From Schizochytrium sp. TIO01 (taxonomy: Eukaryota > Protista > Bigyra: Labyrinthulomycetes): a DNA stretch of 64,000 nucleotides. Made by a program: the position numbers and the translations under genes. This document shows positions 1 through 10,682 of the stretch, piece by piece; positions within the stretch are counted from its first letter, which is position 1, and each line of letters opens with the position of its first letter. Below the pieces are notes generated by a model, which saw only the letters and a program-made list of their open reading frames with translations, did no database searches and was not told where the DNA came from. Where the stretch lies: contig SMSO01000031.1 in assembly GCA_004764695.1 (NCBI GenBank), forward strand, positions 8,724,761 through 8,788,760. The letters run 5' to 3'.

Positions 1-2088
1 TATCTGAATCGTATTCATTCAACCAATTCCCAGCCAATTTCATGTTATCATGGTCGTTGTTGAAGTGGACTCTTTTCATTTATCCCCAGCAGGAAGTGTC
101 AAAATCCGGTGCTGCGCCACCTTGCGCAAGCATAGGTCTTTGCAAAGCTCAGATACGCAAGCAGTCGCTCATGAACAAACATGGGATGAGAGGAGAGTAT
201 TCGGACGTTTCTTTGTTCATTCAGGCAAGGTACGAGGCGTTCATTTTTGCATAGCGGACATGAGAGGTATTGCTGATATATGGCTTTGTACGAGAGCCAC
301 AGTATGTTGGGATAGCATGTGCTAAGAGACTTGCATGTTTCTAGCGCCGCGACTATTGTGAGCTCCATGGGAAATATTCTGGCGAGATTGCTAACCGAGA
401 AACGACAATTGATGGTATGATGACGCGCAACTTCATGTAGGAAGTCTGGTGCATCATTTGATCCTGTCGCTGTACAAGTCATAGCCAGAGAAAGGGGTAC
501 CTACTAACGCTAATTTAGGGTTCGCTCTTTGGAAATTAGTCGAGCTCTGTATGCTATTAGCGAAACGCATTACACAAGAAAGTAAAGTACCAAGCACTAC
601 TCAAAAAGCTCCGAAAGGGAATCAGACATCCTAGAACCATAATTTACAGGACATAGAGACACACACTTCTCGCCCCCAACATTATTTGCTCGCCTCTTTC
701 AGTTGCGACGATTCGCTGTACTAATGATTTTTAAACTTTGTGTGGAAGTCGTTATTAATCTTAGAGCATTCAACTTATTGAATTGCAGCATATGCAAGTC
801 ACTATCACTTGTTCAAAGCTGGTAATGAAGCAATTGATACTTCGATTGAAAATTGTATTCACAGACCTAACTTTGCGACACGGTCAGGAACCATGATAGA
901 CCAGTACTTCCCTTTGGACCAATTAACTTTCTCCAGTTAGGGCGTTAGGGCTGTTTTTTTCCAGAGATTAGCAAAACAATCAGACGGGTCGTCAAATGCC
1001 ATGACTTCATGGGGAAGTTGGAGAACATTTATACCAGAACTGCTCGATACTATAGCAAGTAACCAGTGGACGTAGCAAAAGAATAAAGCTTGAAGGGAAT
1101 TCTTGCTGACAATGGGAGGACATCTCCAATCTTCAGATTTCAATATATAGTATTAGTAATCTCGATTATCTAATAAGGATTAGGTCAAATAGAAAGTATT
1201 CACGAGAGGAAGCAAAATACCCTTGCACAAGAATATATGTCTTTGGCAAAACCTTCGCGTAATAGAGAGAATATGAATATTTGCCCTCATGCGTTGAAGT
1301 TAGATGACATAAAGAACTTGGGTTCATCTCGCAAGACTCTAACTACAAATATCTTTGGTGATAACTGCGAACAGCAGTAGCTGAATACTATCATTAGAGA
1401 AGTGGGAAAACTGAGGAGCTCAGCAGACAACTATTATCGATGAAGTGAAGCCATTGGTTTGGTGTAAAACTGCAAAAAGTACACAACTCAGTGAACAGCC
1501 TATTTTTCTACTTTACAAGTTTTGTTTTGTTTAGAACTTGAAAATATACATGCCTGAATACCGCGATGACATCAAGCGAATTATGACTGCTTTAACAAAT
1601 GTGATATATAATGACTCTCGTCTGAGTGCACACTGGTACGAAGAAAATGAGTTCTCTGTGTGCTGATAATATAGTGAAGGTTAAAATTGCAGAGTAGAAC
1701 CGTAGAACCCAAGGCTTACTTTGTGACAGGTATAAGTCTGATAGATTTTTTCCTAATGTGTGGTGACACTTAAGGAACGCGAGTTAGACACCGTTGGGAG
1801 TGCCAAAATTTGATAAAACGCTGAGAGATATAAGTCCTGTGCAACTTTGTATCAGATGAAGGATGCCTAGCCACGTAAATGTCGCTATCGCATCTCACTA
1901 TGAAACATAGTTTTAAACCAGAGAAAGAGTTAGATAGAAATAATAGATCAATTTTCTTCAAAAACAAAACACCAAACCCCCGAGTCCTGCAGATTTCGAG
2001 ATAACCCGCGGCTTTATCACAGGCTTGCAAGGAGTGTTGGAGACGCTGGCGGTCTCAAACGGTCTCCGAGAGGCCAGTTCTCTCGGCA

Positions 2089-4635
2089 ATGCCTGCTCTG
2101 CGTTTTCTGCGACGGCAGTTCGCCTTTGGAGACGATGATCTACCTCTGCCGTCGTGCATGGGGTTGGTGTCGAGACTCCTGCTCATTACCGCACTGGTTG
2201 CAAGCTTGATGGTAATCAGAGACGTAGATTTTGCAGAAGATACAAGTCCATGTTCTAGCGATGAAGATGGCGTCGAGAAGGTTCAGGCTATAAGGATCCT
2301 TGCTATCATCTTGATCGCTTTGCTCAGCCTCACAACCTTCGTTTTGATGCTCCTCTTTCTGCATTCACTTCGAGGGACTATTGTGGATAGCGCAGAACGA
2401 TCACTCGTGATTCCACTTCTCAAAAGCGTTGTTTTTCTTGTTTCTAGCGAGGGTATTGCGGCTCTTGCAGGGCTTGGCCCTGCGTTGCGATCGGTGCCAC
2501 ATGGGTGCAAGGGCATTGCGGATAAGGATTTGCATCTAACCTTTCTGGTGGTCCGACTTGTGATTGTTGCTGTACTAGTAATGGCGACCTTCTTCTTTAC
2601 TTGTGGTTTCCTCACGGTGACCAACAAACGCACAAACTACACTTACCATCAGGGAAGTAGTGGGAGTTATAGCTCGCTGGATAGTAACTCACGGCCCCTT
2701 AGGGACTTTAATGGCGATGACGACCTGGATTTAGAGGACCAAGCCATGTTCTTCGTGGACGTTGAACATGCCACAGATTCAGAGGGCATGTCAATGTCGG
2801 TTACTCGCCTCGACTGGGAGAAAAGGTGCCGCAGGTGGTGCAGGTGCTTTCAGATTATCACCTGCAATATTTTTGGCAGTTCATATCACGAAGTCACCGA
2901 CGAAACATACCGAGACGTGGCCAACGTCATGGCACGATTTTTCAAGGGCATGGACGTTGTCCCGTCAGATCTGATTGCAGCTTTATGCCTCCTCCGTGCG
3001 GAGCAACGGTCAAAGGAAAAGGCTGCTGTTGACGCGCTCTTGAAGTCACAGACCTCTGGCCGCACACTTCGCCACGAGATTGAGCAAGAAATTACACAAC
3101 ATGTTGAAGCTGATCACGAACAGTCAGTCCACGAGTGGTTGTGGTCTGCAGAGAACTTGAAGTACAAGGCCAGGACTCTGTTACGCATTCAACACATTAG
3201 CGAAGCACGAATTGCAGTAGACGCAGATGCGCGGCAACTGTTAGCAGAGGCCAATCATTTTGCGCCGTACATGCTCGCCATTTATGGCAAACTATTGTAT
3301 ACGTATATGAATATTGTGACCGGCCCTTGCCAGCTACTGTGCGGAGAGCACTGCAAGTTTTGCCTTGGCCTTGCGGCTCGAAAGCGCAAGCGCCGTACCT
3401 CGGATGATAATATTTCTTCTCTTCGTCAAACCCACTCGAGTGATTTCTCTCAGAACATGCTAGATGACGACTGCTGTGGGTTAAATTACTCCGCTTTGCA
3501 AAGAAGTGCGATTGGAGGGCGAGATCCTGTCTTTGTCTTTGCCAGCTTTGGTAATCGCCCACATTTTCTACCTTATTCTATTGGTGTAGATGAAGAAACT
3601 CGCACGGTAGTACTGGCTGTCCGAGGTACTTTATCTGCTTCTGATATGCTTGTTGACGCTGTAGTAATACCACAATCCTTGCAAGCCTCTGCGGAGCGCT
3701 GGGGATTCTCGGGTATGATTGGAGAGGAATCCTACGCACATTCGGGCATGCTCCGCACGGCAGAGAACATGCGCAAGGACATTGAAGAAAGACACATTTT
3801 GCATACACTACTGTTAGGCGCCCGCGAGGCCAATGCTTCGTATGGCTCTTTCAATTCTAATCATGCCCAGCATGATCAGGCTGACCCGGAACGAAGTCTT
3901 CCAAATCGCCCATCCGCACGGATGAACGTTCATGACCTTTCGGATTTGCCAGATTGTAGAGGCTACAATCTCAAAGTTGTGGGCCACAGTCTTGGCGCTG
4001 GTGTTGCATCAATCTTGTCGCTTATGCTGCAGGACGCCTTCCCAGGCCTCACTTGTCTCGCATATTCTCCACCCGGATGCGTTTTTGACTTTGAACTTGC
4101 ATGCCGGTCAGAGGCATGGATCAAAAGTATTTTTGTTGGTAGTGACCTGATCCCTCATTCTTCTTGGGGTTCACTCATGCGATTGCGAGGTCAAATGATG
4201 GAAATGCTGCGGCGTAGCAAGGTGAATAAAGCAAAGGCGATCCGCTCAGCTATTCTCAATACCCCTGCTGAAGATCTGCTTTACCCTGAGGACGGCGTAC
4301 CAGAAACCTTTGCTCGTCGTCAACTTGCAATTCGAATTGAGCAGCTTCGCAAGCAAACAGAGGGGTCGGACTTTCTCAATCGCACGCCAATGTTTTGCCC
4401 TGGTAAACTTCTCCACATCATGCGAATTGACACCGTGCAAGAAGGGATGTGCTCTTCTCGTGACGAGTTCATGCCAACATGGGTAAGGGATCGCCGTACA
4501 TTGCACGAGTTTGATCTTGGATCTTCTACAAGAATGGCACTTGATCATTTTCCAGATGTCAGTGCATCTGTAATCGACCGAGTTGCCAAAGAATTCGCAT
4601 CTCTCGACGACCGTTTTCACGGGTTTCATGTATAG
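2089..4635 (+). CDS. sn1-specific diacylglycerol lipase (DAGL alpha/beta-like), class 3 lipase
   Basis: 848-aa ORF with four N-terminal hydrophobic helices, the 'DVVPSDLIAALCLL' DAGL segment, 'VLAVRGTLS', 'AHSGM', nucleophile motif GHSLGAG, 'YSPPG' and C-terminal 'DHFPD'. Confidence 0.88.
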   Translation: MPALRFLRRQFAFGDDDLPLPSCMGLVSRLLLITALVASLMVIRDVDFAEDTSPCSSDEDGVEKVQAIRILAIILIALLSLTTFVLMLLFLHSLRGTIVDSAERSLVIPLLKSVVFLVSSEGIAALAGLGPALRSVPHGCKGIADKDLHLTFLVVRLVIVAVLVMATFFFTCGFLTVTNKRTNYTYHQGSSGSYSSLDSNSRPLRDFNGDDDLDLEDQAMFFVDVEHATDSEGMSMSVTRLDWEKRCRRWCRCFQIITCNIFGSSYHEVTDETYRDVANVMARFFKGMDVVPSDLIAALCLLRAEQRSKEKAAVDALLKSQTSGRTLRHEIEQEITQHVEADHEQSVHEWLWSAENLKYKARTLLRIQHISEARIAVDADARQLLAEANHFAPYMLAIYGKLLYTYMNIVTGPCQLLCGEHCKFCLGLAARKRKRRTSDDNISSLRQTHSSDFSQNMLDDDCCGLNYSALQRSAIGGRDPVFVFASFGNRPHFLPYSIGVDEETRTVVLAVRGTLSASDMLVDAVVIPQSLQASAERWGFSGMIGEESYAHSGMLRTAENMRKDIEERHILHTLLLGAREANASYGSFNSNHAQHDQADPERSLPNRPSARMNVHDLSDLPDCRGYNLKVVGHSLGAGVASILSLMLQDAFPGLTCLAYSPPGCVFDFELACRSEAWIKSIFVGSDLIPHSSWGSLMRLRGQMMEMLRRSKVNKAKAIRSAILNTPAEDLLYPEDGVPETFARRQLAIRIEQLRKQTEGSDFLNRTPMFCPGKLLHIMRIDTVQEGMCSSRDEFMPTWVRDRRTLHEFDLGSSTRMALDHFPDVSASVIDRVAKEFASLDDRFHGFHV

Positions 4636-5659
4636 GAGTGCGTATGTACATTGCTTCAGTTTTTGTACGTGTCTTGAGTGGCTTAGTAGATAGGTTAGAT
4701 AAGCAAGCAGTTCATACAAAAGTCAAGACCTCGAAAGCGTAAGATTCTCCGAAATTCTAGCCAGACAACCAGACAGCCAGACAGTTTGCCAGCATCTAAT
4801 TTGAAAGTTTTGCTTAAGATCTTGTCTTTTGGTGTCAGACATTGTGTAAACGTTAGAGCCAAACAACATGCAATCGTATAGTAGTAGTTTTGAATAACAT
4901 ATCTCCTGACTCGTCGCATTGCGTGTCCCCAACCAAAAAAGTCAATTTCTAGCTCTTGCATTCACTCGTGATAAAACGTGGTCAGAGTCTTATTCTCTGC
5001 CCATTACGAGTGACCCTTTTGGAAATTCTTTTAAATGCCTTTGGTTACAAGCGTACAAGCTAATTAGATCAAATAAAAGCGTTGGCAGGTATGTAACTTT
5101 CTCATGATAATTTCTGTACTGCAATCTTTTCAAGTATCTTGGTCCACCTTTATGTAGAAGGAGCTTCATTTCTCTCTAATATATTATTTAATTTTAATTA
5201 TTTTTTAATTTTAATCTCAATTAAAAATTAAAGGAAAGGAAGTAATCTTTCTTCAAGCTAGCTCTATTCTTTTTCTTTTTATTTTGGAGAAGTAAGACTC
5301 TCAGGCTTCTTTTATTAATTTCTTACAATCTTGATCAACCTCAAGCATAGGGCATCGCGGCATAAGCGAATATCGCTAGACCCTTTCGGTTCGCGAAGGC
5401 GACTCGCAGACCCTCACCAACAAGTCAGATCTGATTAACAAAGCACGCCTATTTCCCCAAAGAAAGGTTGTTGCCGCGGACATCGAGAGAACCCAAGATA
5501 AGATAGTGCCGCTGCTAAGTATTCGGAAATCGCCCCAGAAGGTGCCCTCGGCTTTGAAGTCCTTTGCTTCAAGTAAGCAAGCACGGCAAAGGAAAGAAGG
5601 TGCCGAAAGCAATCTTATAGCTCTACAAATCCACCAAGAGCAGAATATTTATAGAGAGA

Positions 5660-7489
5660 ATGACGACTCCCTACACAGTTTTAGTAAGCGGAGTCTTTGA
5701 CCTTCTACATTCTGGCCATATTGCATTTTTGCTTAAAGCTCGCGAACAAGGTCAAGCTGAGGCTGGCGAGCATCGAGATGTGCGAGTCGTAGCAGTGGTC
5801 GCGAGCGACGATGCTGTGAAGGCGCTGAAGGGGAATTTGCCGACCTACCCTGCTTCCGAGCGCACCTACTTTCTCAAGAATCTGAAAACTGTTGATCTAG
5901 TTGTGGAGAGCATTGGGAAGGATAAAGACTTTTACCTTGAAGACATGGAAAGAATCAAACCGGAGATGTACTTCGTTAACGAGGAAGATGTCTCTGAGTC
6001 AGGCAAGAATGCTGCTGTGAAGGTGGGTGCGTCATACGTTATTGGCGCCCGATTGCCACTCCCAGGTCTTACAGCGCGCAGCACGACTTCGATTCGAGCG
6101 ATGCTTAAAAACAAAGGGGACCCTGACCCCAATCGTGAGCCTGACAGAGGCCAGTCCACTACATCCGCAGCCGGATTTTCTGATGGGGGGGCTACTGAAG
6201 AGAACCATAACAAGGCCATTCTTGAGCCACCAAGGGCAGTAGGTTCTAAACCTGTAGTTTTTGTATCTGGGTGTTATGACCTATTGCATACTGGGCATGT
6301 TGCTTTCTTCAATGATGCGGCGGCCCTCGGTGATTTATACGTTAGCATCGGTAGTGATGCAAATATTCTCCTCTTAAAAAAACATCATCCGATGTTCCCT
6401 GAACAGGAGCGCCTCGTCATGGTCTCTGCTATTCGAAGCGTCACTGAGGCTCGAATTTGCCGTGGTAGTGGGATGCTTGATTTCGAAGCTGACTTAGATA
6501 TCATCAAGCCTGATATTTTTTTTGTGAATGAGGATGGTCATCGTGAATCAAAAGAAAAGGCATGTGCGGCACGCGGCATTCGCTACGTGGTTGGGCATCG
6601 CAAGCCCGAAGAAGGAATGCAAGCCCGAAGTTCTACCTCCTTAAAGAGAACTCTGGCCCATGGTGGATCAAGTAAAATCGATTTTGAAACTGCTTCCAAG
6701 GCAGGCCTTTCAAAGGAAGACTGGGAAGACCTCAATGCCTTCCCATGGCGAATTTGCCTTGCAGGTGGCTGGCTAGATCAACCTTGGGTTTCTGAAGTTG
6801 TTCCTGGTTCCGTCATTGTTGTCAATGTTATGCCTCATCTTGAATTCAAAACTCGCTCAGGACTGGCCACAAGTACGCGTCAAGTTGGCATTCGTCTTTG
6901 GGGAGAGCAAGGTCCTCCTCGAGGAATTCCTTCTTTAGAGCTTGCTCATTTTCTTTTTGGCGCAGAAAACCCACCCGGAAGTAAGTATATTGCAGGCTCG
7001 CAAGATGCTATCGGGCTGATGCTCTCAGGCATCAGCCGATTAGATTACAGCGGTGGATTCTGGCCTCATTCTGTGGAGCAGTGCCTTGATCGCCAAGACA
7101 CAGTTGACTGGTTGCAAAAAGTTTTGTGGCTTGTGCCCCTTCCCTCGCGTCCCGATGGCTATGATCCACTCGAAAAGAAGGATTTGACAAAGGAGAATGT
7201 TGGCCTTTTAGCGGAAGCAAGTAGTCGTGCATGGACTGCGATCGAAACGCACGATGCACCTATGCTAGGTCAGGCTCTTTCCGATACGATGGTAGCATGG
7301 AGTCGTATTCTCCCTAACACCGTTCCTCAGCCAGTTTCTGATGAATGGTGTGCACCCTATCGCAACAAGCACCATGGTTGCCTTTTTAGCGGTTGTGGCG
7401 GTGGGTTTTTGCTTGTAATATCTGATGAGCCAGTAGATAAAGGCTTTCAGATTGAGATCAAAACCACTCACTGGCTTTCAGAGGAATGA
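5660..7489 (+). CDS. Fusion of two cytidylyltransferase-like (HxGH) domains and a C-terminal GHMP-kinase-like domain
   Basis: Two repeats of the nucleotidyltransferase fold: 'VSGVFDLLHSGH...ARSTTSIR' and 'VSGCYDLLHTGH...ARSSTSLK'. These are followed by 'PWRICLAGGWLD', 'SGLATS', 'GSQD' and 'SGCGGGF', motifs of sugar-phosphate GHMP kinases. Confidence 0.8.
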   Translation: MTTPYTVLVSGVFDLLHSGHIAFLLKAREQGQAEAGEHRDVRVVAVVASDDAVKALKGNLPTYPASERTYFLKNLKTVDLVVESIGKDKDFYLEDMERIKPEMYFVNEEDVSESGKNAAVKVGASYVIGARLPLPGLTARSTTSIRAMLKNKGDPDPNREPDRGQSTTSAAGFSDGGATEENHNKAILEPPRAVGSKPVVFVSGCYDLLHTGHVAFFNDAAALGDLYVSIGSDANILLLKKHHPMFPEQERLVMVSAIRSVTEARICRGSGMLDFEADLDIIKPDIFFVNEDGHRESKEKACAARGIRYVVGHRKPEEGMQARSSTSLKRTLAHGGSSKIDFETASKAGLSKEDWEDLNAFPWRICLAGGWLDQPWVSEVVPGSVIVVNVMPHLEFKTRSGLATSTRQVGIRLWGEQGPPRGIPSLELAHFLFGAENPPGSKYIAGSQDAIGLMLSGISRLDYSGGFWPHSVEQCLDRQDTVDWLQKVLWLVPLPSRPDGYDPLEKKDLTKENVGLLAEASSRAWTAIETHDAPMLGQALSDTMVAWSRILPNTVPQPVSDEWCAPYRNKHHGCLFSGCGGGFLLVISDEPVDKGFQIEIKTTHWLSEE

Positions 7490-8538
7490 GAGATAATGAA
7501 TGAGCATGGGGAGCTTAATTTATCGCCTGCAACATAAGCACCTCCCCTTCCAAAAAAGTGAAATCTAAAAGAGTATCATTTTCAATCATTTTTTTGCCTA
7601 TGTCATGTCTCCCTTCCCCCCCCTGTAGTACAACACGCCTTTCTGTTATTATGTACTGCAACGACTTCCACTTGCTGCTACAGTGAGCAGAGTAATCAAG
7701 AACTTTTGTTTCCCTGAGGGTAACATGGTCCGGTTTGTGTTCATACGTATTCGCGACTAGACTGTGTTGTTCTAACGGAACTTTTGTTTTTAAAACCTTT
7801 TTGTTTTAGTGGAAGTCTAACACATGAATACTCGCTCTCTATTTCCTCACACATATTTGCAACTCAGCAGCCTGTTTTATGGCTGCAAACACTCGCTTTG
7901 CAAAGCATCCTGTCCTTTGAAGGCGAGTAAAAGGAAGGAAGATCTAAGTACAATGTGTGTGTTTTGACCTAGGAATTTTCTAGCTAGAGAGTAGTACGAA
8001 AGTATGTTTCCTTAGGTTCTATCAATCAGTGAAGTTTGATCACCTACATTGCATTGTATAACCATGTGAAAAATCAACAGTATGGTGTTTCCTTTCCTTT
8101 TGCCACCTTGGGTTTCAATGAAGTCAGATAGTGAAACCTATGTGGTTTGATGATTTTGTACTTATAGCAATATGACACTTCCTTTCTCCTTATCATCTTG
8201 ATAAGGAGATCCGTTGAACACAAGGTAAACGTTCTAATGAAATATATACATGCATGATAATACACATATGACAATCAGCTCGTCTATACGACATCATTCA
8301 ACCCAAGGAAGCATCAGCCAAAATTGAAAATGAGTTCACGTTGTTTACTGTTTGACGATAGGTACACGGAGCTAGCGCAAGAGTGAGCCTATGTAATATT
8401 AGAGAATTCAATAATATCAAATACTACGTGACGGGTCAGGTCAAGCTTGTATCTCCAGTGCATTGACCTTTCATTGCTCACGCCAAAAGTTGGCGTGTAC
8501 ATCAACCAATTGTAGGCGATCTTTGGGGACGCCTAAGG

Positions 8539-9840
8539 ATGTCGTGCACGGAGTGTTGGAGAACAGAATACACAGCTACCCTAGTTGTTTTGTTTGTGTT
8601 GACCGTCGCAGTTCATCTTAAGTCTGCTTTAATCGCAAGTGAAATTCGGCATGTTGATGGACGAACTGAGCTGGAGTCGATCTCATTAGCCGGCACAAGC
8701 AAACGCATGGACTTTATTCTGCAAAAGTTGCGCACATTCAAAGAAAATGGCAGTGTACTAAGCCTTCCCATGTCTTCGAAAAGGCAGAAAGTACGGCCTG
8801 ATGATGACGGGGCGAAGCTGACATCATCCAAAAAAGTCCACTCAGCCCGCTCTTTCAAGCAGAGCGCAGGTCACCAGATGAGTCGCGCCTTTACAAGTGC
8901 AACTTTGCCAATCGGTCGAATGTTTTCAACATCTGAGGCGCACAAAGTTGTACGCGAGAGTGATTGGGTAATTCAACCACGAGAAATCAAGTGTGGTGAG
9001 CGCCTTGCAGGAGGTTCATTCGGTGAGGTGTTTCTTGGTGAATATATGGGAAGTGTTGTTGCTATCAAAAAACCTAACAAAGACATTCCACAAGAAATGT
9101 ACGAAAAATTTGTTATTGAAGTTGAGCTGATGGTTGGCCTCCATCATCCGAATATTGTTCGATTCATTGGTGCTTGCTTAAGTCTTGGGGACTCTTTTCT
9201 TGTTCTCGAATACCTAGAAAAGGGATGCCTTTATGATTTTCTTCGCACGGATGAGTGCAAGGAATATCTTACATACGTCAAAATGCTTAAATTCGCCGCG
9301 GACATTGCAAGAGGAATGCGCTATTTACACTCGCGGGTTAACATTATCCAGCGTGATTTGAAAAGTCGCAATCTACTGCTTGATTACGCTTATAACGTGA
9401 AAATCTGCGATTTTGGATTAAGCAGATATTCAGTAAACAATGAACAAATGACTGCATGCGGTACACCATATTGGGCTGCTCCTGAGGTGATCTTAGGGAA
9501 AGCTTACAATCAAAAGGCTGATGTCTTTAGTTTTGCGATTGTGCTATGGGAGATTTATACACAAGAAGAGCCCTACGAAGGCCGGCCAGGCATTGATACT
9601 GCAATAGAGGTAGCTCAGAGTGGTCTTCGCCCAAAGATCCCAAGAACTTGCCCTCGATCCTTTCGATCATTAATGGAGAAAGCATGGGCGCACGAACCAA
9701 AAGAACGCCCTTCTATGGAAGAAATCCTTCAAAGGTTACTTGAGATGGGAAAAGAAGCGAAAGCAAAGTTGTCACCTCCAAATTCACCTAACCCACCTTC
9801 TCTCATCAGTTCGGGGCCAACGCGGTTGGGCTCAACGTAA
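8539..9840 (+). CDS. Tyrosine-kinase-like (TKL, MLK/Raf-like) protein kinase with N-terminal hydrophobic segment
   Basis: GGSFGEV, VAIK, HPNIV, QRDLKSRN (Q in place of H in HRD), DFG, 'GTPYWAAPE', 'DVFSFAIVLWE'. Upstream exons cannot be excluded. Confidence 0.9.
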   Translation: MSCTECWRTEYTATLVVLFVLTVAVHLKSALIASEIRHVDGRTELESISLAGTSKRMDFILQKLRTFKENGSVLSLPMSSKRQKVRPDDDGAKLTSSKKVHSARSFKQSAGHQMSRAFTSATLPIGRMFSTSEAHKVVRESDWVIQPREIKCGERLAGGSFGEVFLGEYMGSVVAIKKPNKDIPQEMYEKFVIEVELMVGLHHPNIVRFIGACLSLGDSFLVLEYLEKGCLYDFLRTDECKEYLTYVKMLKFAADIARGMRYLHSRVNIIQRDLKSRNLLLDYAYNVKICDFGLSRYSVNNEQMTACGTPYWAAPEVILGKAYNQKADVFSFAIVLWEIYTQEEPYEGRPGIDTAIEVAQSGLRPKIPRTCPRSFRSLMEKAWAHEPKERPSMEEILQRLLEMGKEAKAKLSPPNSPNPPSLISSGPTRLGST

Positions 9841-10682
9841 TTCTTTTATTGCAGACCAGTTCTGAATATATTTTTTTCTGGATAAAGGAGCATATTATTG
9901 CTAGTCGTGCCTTTTCAACGTAGTACCAGTAGTACAAACTTGTGAAAGTTCCTTCTTTGCTTGCTTAGGCGGGTGTTGCAACTGTGTTGTTAGGGTTCTT
10001 GGTATGTCTATAAGGACTAACGTAATATATAAACCAAGCTAAGAAGAAAGAATCAAGTCCAACTGCAAATAGTCAACTTCGTACATGAGTGGTGTTTTGT
10101 GTTTTTGTGATGTTTGCGACTGGGATAGAACATGTTCAATAATGTAAGATATCATCTGTGGTACAAACATCCTTAAATGATACTTAGTTGCAATCCGCAT
10201 TCTTGGAAATTAAATTTTGGTAACAATTACACCGCAGACAGAATTGGTAGTTAGGTGATCGTTGTCGAGCCCTAGCACATGTTTATTACTGTACAGACTA
10301 TTCTTCTGATACTCTATTGAGTTGGTAGAACATTGTGATCTCTGGCATAATATCTCGAGATTTCTGTCTAAATTAATAGAAGTTATCAGCTTTGAATAGA
10401 GTTTTTTTTACATAGACTAAATTTAGGGATACGAATTTGTGAGCCCGCCATTGACAAAATAAGAGATATTCGAATGGTTTGAACATCCAAGTCACTTTTA
10501 AAAAGTTTGAAGAGCAATGTGAGATAGGATTAAAAATAGTTCTTGAGCAAAAAAAAATCAATATACAAGGAAACAAAGTTTAGAATCACGAAGTGTGCAG
10601 ATAAGATGCCAGAATCTCATCGGTGCGATATGCAGAAAAGCTGCTGACGAGGAGAAGGAGTATACTACAGCATACGATATAT

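Noticed and set aside
131-150. TAGGTCTTTG match to the IS607 left end
   Set aside because: Only a 10-bp match with no downstream similarity. Expected by chance.
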